A DNA stretch of 36,833 bases from Coleofasciculus chthonoplastes F2-STO-03 (GTDB lineage: Bacteria > Cyanobacteriota > Cyanobacteriia > Cyanobacteriales > Coleofasciculaceae): assembly GCA_040222015.1 (NCBI GenBank), contig JAVJWO010000063.1, forward strand, positions 1 through 36,833. The letters run 5' to 3'. A model generated the notes under the pieces. The model was not told the origin of the DNA, ran no database searches, and saw nothing but the letters and a program-made list of their open reading frames with translations. The number at the start of each line of letters is the position of its first letter. Position 1 is the first letter of the stretch. The position numbers and the translations under genes are program-made. This document shows, piece after piece, positions 27,901 through 35,352 of the stretch.

Positions 27901-29200
27901 GCCTGACGGTATCAGCCAAACAGGGTACTATGTCATCCTGTTTGACATCAGCAATGGTATGAATTCCCCCGCTACAGTAAAATTGATGACAAGCTGGGGG
28001 AAAGATTAATTCAGGCAGGGAATGTTCCTGGGGAACTGAACCGTCTGAGGCTAAGGCTTGGGCGACAAGGTTTCCCGTACCATCGCGATGAGTCTGGTAA
28101 ATCACCACTTGATCGCAAGCCAACAATTGCTGCACTTGGGTTACGGTGGTGTTCAGAATCTGATTCAGATCTAAAGACTGACGAATCTGTTGAGCGATCG
28201 CACTAATTAACCGTTCTTGTTGAGCTTGCAGATGCACAGCAGCTTCGGCGCGTTGGCGTTCCTGAATTTCATGTTTTAAGTTGTCATTAGTACGCTGGAG
28301 TTCTTGGGTACGCTCAATGACTCGTTGTTCTAACTCAGCATTCAAGCGATAGATTTGGGTTTCAGCTTGTTTGCGATCGCTAATATCAATAACTGTACCG
28401 AGCATCCGCACCGCTTGACCTGTTTGATCATAAATAAATTTTCCCTTCCCCTCAATCCAGTGAATACTCCCATCTGACCACACTACCCGAAATTCATGAT
28501 CATACTCATGTTGTTCTAACTGAGAACGGTTCGCCGCTTGTTTAACAGCTTCTCGGTCATCCGGATGAATACAAGCCTCAAACGTCTTGTATGTGCCATC
28601 ATACGTACCCGGAGTCAAGCCAAACAGCACTTCATGATGCTCTGACCAACGAATCTGATTTGTCAACAGATTCCAGTCCCAAATGCCCATCTGAGCCGCA
28701 TAGAGAGCCAGGTTGAGGCGTTCTTCACTTTGGCGCAACTCGGCTTCTACCTGTTTGCGATCGGTAATATCTCGCAAAACGGATAAATGGCGATGGGGGA
28801 TCACATTAGCAGTTGCGGCATATTCCGTCTCCCGGATTGTCCCATCCCTGCGCCGGAGACGAAACTCCCCCTTTACCTGTCCCTGTTCCAGAAACATACG
28901 CCACCCCTGGGAGAAATCAAACTCTAAGTCAGCAAAGTCTGAGATGCGGCATCCTAAGAGTTCCTCTCTAGATAAACCAAACAGCTGACAAGCCGCCGGA
29001 TTGACCTCAACATACTGTCCTTGATCATCCGCGATCGCCATGGCGTCGAGCGCTTGATTAAACAGTGCCTGAAATAAGGATAAAGAGTGACTGTCACTGT
29101 TGCTATACATAGTGTATACTATTGGTTGACTCTTATCGGTTGGGATTTGATGTGAACAACCCCTGCTCATCCTATTGACTACAGCACCATCACGATACAT
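24998..29200 (-). CDS. Multi-PAS/GAF hybrid sensor histidine kinase with C-terminal REC (start may be the ATG at 29110)
   Basis: About 5 PAS/PAC domains (DITDRK, HPDDR, HPEDR), a GAF domain, H-box MSHELRTPLN, NLLSNAVKF, DTGIG, GTGLGL, and REC LMDLIMP. Confidence 0.93.
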   Translation of the reverse strand: MYRDGAVVNRMSRGCSHQIPTDKSQPIVYTMYSNSDSHSLSLFQALFNQALDAMAIADDQGQYVEVNPAACQLFGLSREELLGCRISDFADLEFDFSQGWRMFLEQGQVKGEFRLRRRDGTIRETEYAATANVIPHRHLSVLRDITDRKQVEAELRQSEERLNLALYAAQMGIWDWNLLTNQIRWSEHHEVLFGLTPGTYDGTYKTFEACIHPDDREAVKQAANRSQLEQHEYDHEFRVVWSDGSIHWIEGKGKFIYDQTGQAVRMLGTVIDISDRKQAETQIYRLNAELEQRVIERTQELQRTNDNLKHEIQERQRAEAAVHLQAQQERLISAIAQQIRQSLDLNQILNTTVTQVQQLLACDQVVIYQTHRDGTGNLVAQALASDGSVPQEHSLPELIFPPACHQFYCSGGIHTIADVKQDDIVPCLADTVRRFGVKSKLVMPILENETLWGLLIAHHYTTTRKWQPWEAELLCSLTTQVTIAIQQAELYSQLQTELRERQQIQQERDRLFNLSVDILGIVNFEGYFIDVNPAFEKILGISSDAIKAQPFIEWVHPEDREATQAQMRKLASGITIKSFENRYCSQDGSYQWFSWTAVPFVQERLVYVVAHDITERKQAEQALQESEQRFRTVADFTYDWEYWRDPDGSFIYVSPSCQRITGYQAEEFLNDPSLFEAIVHPDDRQRIAEHIRQQLDNPHIYSTDFRIITRTGSIRWIAHACQPVYSEDGRWLGQRASNRDISDRKQTEEALYYREQQFRALVENSPDIVARFDHQLRHLYVNPAIEQITNCSPQTFIGKTNGELGMPPDKAQFWDEALGSVLTTGQEQLIEFDFPTSNGMKFFHSRIVPEFNADGTIRSVLSVTRDITAHKEIEVALQQAKDAAEVANRAKSEFLATMSHELRTPLNGILGYAQLLQNDTNLTETQRDSLNIIYQCGEHLLTLINDILDFSKIESQKLELNPTEFHLPTFLSSISSLFRLRASQKEIDFTYKLFSPLPQTVIADEKRLRQVLINLLSNAVKFTDQGSVTFKVGYVEDVETCHGASCHGASCHGASYGASQCVGAGLTDNVTQETANVTKPALLREGDIMPQSPITKIRFQVEDTGIGIDSKKLSEIFLPFHQVSDRTHAVEGTGLGLAISQKLVQLMSSAIQVSSTLDQGSIFWFDLELSDVSGGQASEPLCDRRLIGVKGQQQILLIVDDNTTNRSFLRELLKPFDLNIFEAVDGQDCLQKAVEIQPDLILMDLIMPGLDGLTATRRLRQLPQFEKTVIIAISANVFETTQQESLAAGCQAFLSKPVPIQQLLELLIVYLDVEGIYEELRDSTTIELETNTIPLVPPPASELAILSELLAMGDIQGMIDQAQHWQDVNSKWIPFATQIHHLARGFQLKKIEQIIDQYIA
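25957..26090 (-). repeat. Two REP-like elements inserted in frame in the HATPase domain
   Basis: Minus strand GTAGAGACGTGCCATGGCGCGTCT with 15-bp tandem expansion (CHGAS x3), then GTAGGGGCGGGTTT...AAACCCGCCC. Confidence 0.85.
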
Positions 29201-29525
29201 ATCGGATCAGGTCTAATTTGAGTTGATTCCAAACGTTGGTGGAGAAATTCCCCCCACAAAACGATTCAGCGGTAAAGACAAAAAATTGGGGGTGATCCAT
29301 CCAGTATTTGTAAACTACTATACTGTAACTTAGCAACGTATGAGTTAAGTCTTGCACCATCCCCAGGCAAGTCGATTTATATAGGATGGGCAAGGGTGAT
29401 AAGGATTAAAACGTTTGTACTATAATTTTGGGTTATTTCCAGCCTAGTCTTAGCACTTTTGTGCAGAGGATGGAAATGTGAACTTGTGTGCTTTCCCTTT
29501 GTTTTCAAACTGTAATAGAGTGGTT

Positions 29526-29546
29526 GGTGGGCAATGCCCACCCTAC
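29526..29546. repeat. REP-like palindrome GGTGGGCA-A-TGCCCACC-CTAC
   Basis: 8-bp inverted repeat ending in CTAC (GTAG on the minus strand). Confidence 0.65.
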
Positions 29547-29581
29547 GGATAGGATGATGGAGTGCGATTCATGATAACCAA

Positions 29582-29604
29582 CTGTTGCCTGTTGCCTGTT
29601 GCCT
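29582..29604 (+). repeat. STRR (CTGTTGC)n
   Basis: 3 units; inverse of 30429-30458. Confidence 0.75.
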
Positions 29605-29641
29605 TCCCCCACAACCCCAACTTATTCAGTAAATCCTAACT

Positions 29642-30265
29642 ATGGTTCAATCAGCAGCGAAACTGATATCCGTTGATGAATTCATCACTCACTATGGTGA
29701 CGATAATTGCTATGAACTAATTGATGGGGAATTAATCGAAATGGAACCCACTGGAACCCATGAACAAGTTGCAGCTTTTGTTGGGCGCAAGTTGAACGTT
29801 GAGATTGACCGCCATGATAATCCTTATTGTATTCCCCATCGTTGTTTGATCAGACTTTTAGGAACAGATACCGCCTTTCGTCCTGATGTAATCGTTTTAG
29901 ATCAAACTCAATTAATCCATGAACACTTGTGGCAGCAAGAACCTGTCATCACTCTAGGAAAAACTATCAAGCTAGTTGTTGAAGTTGTCAGTACTAATTG
30001 GCAAAATGACTATGCTCGAAAGGTTGAAGATTATGCCATTTTAGGAATTCCTGAATATTGGATTGTGGACTATCTGGGAATTGGTGGTAGAGAGTATATT
30101 GGTAAACCTAAACAGCCAACTCTAACTATTTGTAATTTAGTTGAAGATGAGTATCAAAAGCAATTATTTCGGGGAGAGGATTTGCTCGTATCCTCTATCT
30201 TTCCAGAGTTACAACTCACAGCGAAACAAATTTTTAATAGTAGCACATTAGGAATGGCGATGTAA
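29642..30265 (+). CDS. Uma2/DUF820 family putative endonuclease
   Basis: YELIDGELIEM, RPDVIV, LVVEVVS, KVEDYA..GIPEYWIVD. Confidence 0.9.
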   Translation: MVQSAAKLISVDEFITHYGDDNCYELIDGELIEMEPTGTHEQVAAFVGRKLNVEIDRHDNPYCIPHRCLIRLLGTDTAFRPDVIVLDQTQLIHEHLWQQEPVITLGKTIKLVVEVVSTNWQNDYARKVEDYAILGIPEYWIVDYLGIGGREYIGKPKQPTLTICNLVEDEYQKQLFRGEDLLVSSIFPELQLTAKQIFNSSTLGMAM

Positions 30266-30286
30266 TCGTTTATCTTCCCGACACCC

Positions 30287-30414
30287 TAAGCTGTTCGGCA
30301 TTTAAACCTTAATGTCAATAATCAAGAAATCCTTGTAGTGCGTTAAGCGAAGCCATGCCGCAGGCTTTGCATCTTGCTCGCTACTAATACCCAATTTAAA
30401 TGCATGACAGCTTA
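30287..30414 (-). mobile_element. 128-bp MITE, copy 3
   Basis: TAAGCTGTTCGGCATTTAAA ... TTTAAATGCATGACAGCTTA. Confidence 0.85.
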
Positions 30415-30428
30415 CCTAAAACCCTGAA

Positions 30429-30458
30429 AGGCAACAGGCAACAGGCAACAGGCAACAG
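30429..30458 (+). repeat. STRR (AGGCAAC)x4
   Basis: Read directly from the sequence. Confidence 0.8.
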
Positions 30459-30486
30459 AGAATACACAATTTAAATGCGTTTTAGC

Positions 30487-31242
30487 TTAAGAACTTGAGC
30501 CAATAACATCCAGCACAAAACGCCGTACCACCATCAAAACCTCTGGTAGAATCTGATGCGCCATATCAAATTCCTGATACGTCACCGTGATTCCCAACGC
30601 CTTTAAATTGTCTCTGGCGTGTTGTGCCTTACTGATAGGAACAACTGGATCTTGTCTACCATGTACCATCAAAACTGGGGGTAACGATTCCCGCGTCAGT
30701 TGCGCTGAATCATGCCAATAGCCACTCATTGCAACTAAGGCGGCGCATGGTAATCTTAGCCCCACATCTAATGCCATCGCTCCCCCTTGGGAAAATCCAC
30801 TTAAAATGGTGCGGGATAGGGGAACGCCTGTACTTTCTTCCAGAGAGGTTAACCAGTCGATCAACTTTTGACGGCTTTCCTCTAACCCCCAATGATTTTC
30901 GCTTTCTAAGGCATACCAGGCATTGCCCCAGGGGACATTGGGATGAGGAAACGGAGCATTGGGAAATAGAAACTGGACATTGGGTAAGTCTAATGCTGAG
31001 GCTAATGGCGCTAAATCCTGAGAGTTAGCCCCCCAGCCGTGTAAGCACACCATTAAATGGGTTGGGGATTGACCATTGGTCGGTTCAATAGTGACAGATT
31101 CTAAAGACAAAGACTGAGATCCTAAATCAGAGGTTGTTGGATTTCTAGCAGATGGAGAACGGTTTTGGCAAGCCTTCAACCCCAAGACTGTTGCAAAGGC
31201 GGCACAGCCTCGTCCGAAAAATCGCCGTCCCATTAATGCCAT
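30487..31242 (-). CDS. Alpha/beta hydrolase (phospholipase/carboxylesterase family)
   Basis: LHGWG, nucleophile GFSQG, HGRQDPVVP, catalytic His in MAHQI. Confidence 0.9.
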   Translation of the reverse strand: MALMGRRFFGRGCAAFATVLGLKACQNRSPSARNPTTSDLGSQSLSLESVTIEPTNGQSPTHLMVCLHGWGANSQDLAPLASALDLPNVQFLFPNAPFPHPNVPWGNAWYALESENHWGLEESRQKLIDWLTSLEESTGVPLSRTILSGFSQGGAMALDVGLRLPCAALVAMSGYWHDSAQLTRESLPPVLMVHGRQDPVVPISKAQHARDNLKALGITVTYQEFDMAHQILPEVLMVVRRFVLDVIGSSS

Positions 31243-31317
31243 GTTGCTCTCAACGATAACTGTTAGCGATCGCGGATCTTGCTGATGAGTGAAAATAAAA
31301 TACAGTAGGGTGTCTAT

Positions 31318-31518
31318 TCATGAATTAATCACCCTTGAACGCGGTACTCTAGAATTAATTAGATGAGAACGCAGGATAGTCGCTAGTATAGCCGCGCCAT
31401 ATTTGTCCTGAATCTCATCGCAAGTCGCTTCGCAAAGTCTCTCGACTTCATCAAGGCGCTGTTGAAGTTCAGCAATTTGTTGGTCAGTTTTGCTTCTTTC
31501 CGACTGTATCCCAAACAT
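31318..31518 (-). CDS. Small coiled-coil hypothetical protein (66 aa)
   Basis: GAGGAG 9 nt before the ATG; heptad-like QQIAELQQRLDEVERL. Confidence 0.5.
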   Translation of the reverse strand: MFGIQSERSKTDQQIAELQQRLDEVERLCEATCDEIQDKYGAAILATILRSHLINSRVPRSRVINS

Positions 31519-31927
31519 TTCGTCGTTCTCCTCAACGAATTAAACGGTTTGCCAAGCTGATGTCCTCACCCTCTATCAGATATTCAGGTCATGCGATCGC
31601 GCGGTAGATTGATTAAGTAAGGTGCGATCGCGTCTCCAAATTTCACTGTAACCCTGCGGCTAATTGAAATTTGGATTGAGAAATAATCAAGATTCCCCAA
31701 TTTATATGTAAAGTTTTTTTAATTATACCGTGTTTAGAGAAAAATAAACAATGATAAGACTTGGAAAAATCGAGTCAAACTGTGATATGTAGCCGTTTGC
31801 ACCGATAAGACTGTTAAGTTGTCAAGGTTTCTAAAACGAAAACTCGCATTACGTTGAACTCTCAATACCGAACTAATAATTATACAATTACAGAAAGCAC
31901 TCATTTGCTGCCAGTCTTACTGAACCT

Positions 31928-32854
31928 ATGTTTCCAGTTATTTACTCCGACGAATTTCTCAATCATGAGAACGGTGGTTTGCACCCCGAACGCCCAGAAC
32001 GATTGACAGCCATTGTCAACGCCTTAAACGCTGCACCCTGGGCAGATAAAGTGGATTGGCAGCTACCTACGCCTGTAGAGAGTCGTCCGGTAATGCCTCT
32101 GTTGCAAAAAATTCATGACCAAGATTACATTAATTTAGTCAAACAACTCGCCCATGAAGGTGGAGGGATGATAGATGGCGACACCAGGGTTTCTCCCCGC
32201 AGTTATGATATTGCCCTGTTAGCCATCAGCGCTTGGTTAGATGGAGTTGATCTGGTCCTCACCAGTAACAACCCGGCATTTGTGCTAGCACGTCCTCCTG
32301 GACATCATGCCGAAGGTCCACGGGGGATGGGATTTTGTCTCTTTTCCAATGCTGCGATCGCGGCTTACTATGCCCTAGAACAACCGGGTATCCAAAAAGT
32401 CGCCATTTTAGATTGGGATGTTCATCATGGTAACGGCACCCAAAGCCTGGTGGAAAACGATGCCCGAATTGTCTACTGTTCACTCCATCAATATCCCTTC
32501 TATCCAGGTACCGGTCATCCTCGCGAACGCGGCGCGTACAATAATGTCCTGAATATACCCATACCATCAGGCAGTACATTCACACAATACCAACCCATGT
32601 TTGAGCAGGGGGTAATACCGTTTCTCCGTGAATTTCAGCCCGATTTACTCATCATCAGTGCAGGTTACGACGCCAACGCCGATGATCCCCTCGCCAGCGT
32701 CGCCCTGAAACCGCAAGATTTTGGCGTATTCACCGATTACTGTTTGCAAGTGACTCACCGTATTTTATTTGGCTTAGAAGGAGGCTATGATCTGACTTCC
32801 TTAGCCAAGTCCGTGATTGCCACCATTGAACCTTGTTTAAACCTCGCTGAATAA
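31928..32854 (+). CDS. Histone deacetylase (HDAC/AcuC/AphA) family protein
   Basis: HPERPERL, RPPGHHA, GFCLF, DWDVHHGNGT, SAGYD, LEGGY. Confidence 0.93.
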   Translation: MFPVIYSDEFLNHENGGLHPERPERLTAIVNALNAAPWADKVDWQLPTPVESRPVMPLLQKIHDQDYINLVKQLAHEGGGMIDGDTRVSPRSYDIALLAISAWLDGVDLVLTSNNPAFVLARPPGHHAEGPRGMGFCLFSNAAIAAYYALEQPGIQKVAILDWDVHHGNGTQSLVENDARIVYCSLHQYPFYPGTGHPRERGAYNNVLNIPIPSGSTFTQYQPMFEQGVIPFLREFQPDLLIISAGYDANADDPLASVALKPQDFGVFTDYCLQVTHRILFGLEGGYDLTSLAKSVIATIEPCLNLAE

Positions 32855-32907
32855 ATGTTGGGATGAGGCGAGGGAACAGGAAACAGGGAACCATGAACCA
32901 TGAACCA

Positions 32908-33327
32908 TTAGAACAGCTTCAGATTGTAACCCACCCCTAAAACCAGTCCCAAATCCGTCTCATCAGCCTCAGGAAATGCCACATTGACACGCACTGTTCC
33001 AGTAAATCGGGGAGGGATGGGAATATCGACACCCCCGGAAACTAAAGGCTCAGCTTCCCAGTCATCATCAGGTTGCAGCAGCACACCTCCTCCAACAAAA
33101 GGAATCACAATCGTTTGTCCGGTAACGGGAGTCTTGATCGGAAAATTTAGGCTAAGAGTAAGTGATGTGGTGGTTTCGTCACCAAACATGACCGCATTGT
33201 GCAAGGAGAAATTCTCAGCAAACCCCGCTTTACTGACAATAACCAAAGACCCTTCCCCTAAGTTGGTTTCCTCACCATCCAGACCAATATTCCCACCTAA
33301 CGCTCGTCTAGAATCCCCAGTCTTCAT
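32908..33327 (-). CDS. Outer-membrane beta-barrel-like domain, probably 5'-truncated
   Basis: GGNIGL...LGEGS, PFVGGGV, GGVDIP, alternating beta-strands and C-terminal GVGYNLKLF; no signal peptide. Confidence 0.55.
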   Translation of the reverse strand: MKTGDSRRALGGNIGLDGEETNLGEGSLVIVSKAGFAENFSLHNAVMFGDETTTSLTLSLNFPIKTPVTGQTIVIPFVGGGVLLQPDDDWEAEPLVSGGVDIPIPPRFTGTVRVNVAFPEADETDLGLVLGVGYNLKLF

Positions 33328-33339
33328 CCCTGGAAGATG

Positions 33340-33552
33340 TCAAGCGGCTTGTAGTAAATCTCTACTACTATGTTGGATTTGAGCCAGAATTTGCATCGCT
33401 TCTGTCAAATTCTCACAAAGATAGTTGGTTTTGAAGTAAAAAGGTTTAAGACGCTCGTTAGTTATTTCAGCCGGTTCCCAAATGATCAGCTTCAAGGGTT
33501 TTTGGGGATGGTTCGTTGCACAAAGCGAGTGGAGTATCATCGTAGTACGCAC
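33340..33552 (-). CDS. Possible small hypothetical protein (70 aa)
   Basis: Co-oriented ORF ending 12 bp before the barrel ORF; no recognisable motif. Confidence 0.35.
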   Translation of the reverse strand: MRTTMILHSLCATNHPQKPLKLIIWEPAEITNERLKPFYFKTNYLCENLTEAMQILAQIQHSSRDLLQAA

Positions 33553-33699
33553 CTCAATCAGTAGAATGCTCCGGTTTCAGAATCCAGATTAGGTGTCCCA
33601 CCGCCAGACGGCTGACAGCTATCAAGACTTTTTCTGGGGTCTTTACAAAACTACATTCACAAAAGTGTCTATCAGGACGCTTCATTAAATCTTTACAAC

Positions 33700-33790
33700 G
33701 GGGGAGATGGGGGAGATGGGGGAGAATTTCTCTCCTCACCAATGACATAAGACCAGAAACTGTTCCCCGTTCCCTGTTCCCTGTTCCCTA
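33700..33790 (+). repeat. Short tandem repeats (GGGGGAGAT)n and (CTGTTCC)n upstream of msrA
   Basis: 33700-33726 and 33760-33789; similar GGGAACA/TGAACCA units at 32871-32907. Confidence 0.75.
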
Positions 33791-33849
33791 ACAAATGACG
33801 AATATTAAGTAAAGTAAAGATATAGCAGCAAAATCGGAGTCGTAATTTT

Positions 33850-34512
33850 ATGGTGTTATTTGGATTTGGCGGATTTGGCAAAAAGCTCAGCCTGCCTAAA
33901 CCTGAAGAAGCGTTACCGGGACGGGAAGAACCCATGTCCGTTCCAGCCAACCACGATGTCAACGGCAATCCTCTTAAACCCCCTTACCCCGAGGGTATGG
34001 AAATGGCAATGTTTGGCATGGGCTGTTTCTGGGGGGCTGAACGCAGATTTTGGCAACAAGAGGGAGTGTTTGTCACGGCGGTGGGTTACGCAGGCGGGAT
34101 AACGCCTAACCCCACCTATCAAGAAGTCTGTACAGGGATGACCGGTCACAATGAAGTCGTGCGCGTCGTATTTGACCCCAAGGTGATCAGTTATCAGCAA
34201 TTGCTGAAAGTTTTCTGGGAGAGTCATAATCCCACCCAAGGGATGCGCCAAGGAAATGACACGGGTACTCAATATCGTTCGGGAATTTATACCTATTCCG
34301 ATAGTCAACGGAAACTCGCAGAAGCTTCACGAGACGCCTATCAAAAAGCGCTGAGTGAGGCGGGTCATGGAGAAATCACCACAGAAATTGTTGATGCTCC
34401 AGAGTTTTACTATGCAGAAGGCTATCACCAGCAATACTTAGCCAAGAATCCCAATGGCTATTGTGGATTAGGAGGAACTAATGTGACTTGTCCGACACCA
34501 GTGGCTCTGTAG
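33850..34512 (+). CDS. msrA: Peptide methionine sulfoxide reductase A
   Basis: GCFWG active site, [38 protein letters not shown]. Confidence 0.97.
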   Translation: MVLFGFGGFGKKLSLPKPEEALPGREEPMSVPANHDVNGNPLKPPYPEGMEMAMFGMGCFWGAERRFWQQEGVFVTAVGYAGGITPNPTYQEVCTGMTGHNEVVRVVFDPKVISYQQLLKVFWESHNPTQGMRQGNDTGTQYRSGIYTYSDSQRKLAEASRDAYQKALSEAGHGEITTEIVDAPEFYYAEGYHQQYLAKNPNGYCGLGGTNVTCPTPVAL

Positions 34513-34541
34513 TGTTGTAACATTGAGTCACCTAAATCAAC

Positions 34542-34606
34542 TTGGGGGAGTTGTGTATCCCAACGCGCTCATTAAAATTACAGCGTAGGTCTTACAACTC
34601 CCCCAA
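34542..34606. terminator. Long hairpin downstream of msrA
   Basis: TTGGGGGAGTTGT (34542-34554) and ACAACTCCCCCAA (34594-34606) form a perfect 13-bp stem with imperfect inner pairing; no U-tract. Confidence 0.45.
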
Positions 34607-35155
34607 ACCCCCTGCCCAAACCCCCTGCTAAGATAAAACAGTTTCAGCGATTATTGACAAAAAATTGGCACGCTATCTCAGAAAAGCCAGCGTGAGAGAT
34701 CGCTGGACTAAAGTGAAAGTATCATGGTGCCGTTACTAGATTAAACCATTAAGTGCGATCGCGCTTCTTCTAATCCGTGGATAGTTGCATCCCTATTCCA
34801 CGAGTCGTCTGTTTGGAAACCGGGATAATATGCATTAAACAGTTTTTTTGTCAAATCTGTCTCGAAATGACTCTAGGCAATTAAGTTGTGCAATATAGTT
34901 GTAGTATTTAAGATTTGCCGACGCAATAACGAAAAAAATAACGCATTATAAGGCGTTGAAGCGTTTACTGTTAAAAATTGGCACTAAAACAAACACAATA
35001 CAGGATTTACAGAACATCATACTACATTCTCAAACCCTGATCAAATCAGGATTTACCCGTGACATTTTCGGGCAACCCTAAATCCGCTTTGCTTTAGAAT
35101 ATTAAAACGTAAACGTCAATGCTAAAAGTTTTCTTTATCTAGTCGTACTGTGTCA

Positions 35156-35206
35156 GCATTCAGCTAAAGCTGAATGCAAGCTTTGAGACTTGGGTTTCAA
35201 CCCAAG
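35156..35206. repeat. Double-hairpin dispersed repeat
   Basis: GCATTCAGC-TAAA-GCTGAATGC and CTTGGGTT-TC-AACCCAAG. Confidence 0.6.
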
Positions 35207-35221
35207 GCGGTTGGTGAGAGA

Positions 35222-35290
35222 CTAATCAAGGAATTCATGCAGCGTATCGAAAAAGGGAAATGCGTCATCGTCGTGATTAGCGATCGCTAC
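35222..35290 (+). pseudogene. Short TIR-domain-like fragment
   Basis: LIKEFMQRIEKGKCVIVVISDRY resembles the TIR core of cyanobacterial LRR/COR/TIR proteins; no start, and similarity stops at a HIP1 site. Confidence 0.5.
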
Positions 35291-35328
35291 TCTAATTCAA
35301 ATTTTTGGGATTTCCCTGGGGAATTTTC

Positions 35329-35352
35329 GGGCGCACGTCGGTGCGCCTCTAC
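35329..35352 (-). repeat. GTAG-type REP-like palindrome overlapping the stop codon of the vWA remnant
   Basis: Minus strand GTAGAGGCGCACCGACGTGCGCCC. Confidence 0.6.

Noticed and set aside
29190..29393. 67-aa ORF upstream of the large kinase
   Set aside because: No motif or SD; most likely promoter sequence.
29642..30265. Uma2 protein as the transposase for the MITEs
   Set aside because: PD-(D/E)XK-type family with no DDE or HUH motifs; no transposase is visible in the window.
5828..33790. Short tandem repeats as a CRISPR array
   Set aside because: Units are 7-16 bp with no unique spacers, and no cas genes are present.
33554..33968. Minus-strand ORFs of 64 and 91 aa
   Set aside because: Built from STRR translations (PHLPHLP, NREQGTGN) and antisense to msrA.
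34665..34990. TTGGCAC as a sigma-54 -24 box
   Set aside because: No correctly spaced TTGC -12 box, and cyanobacteria lack sigma-54.
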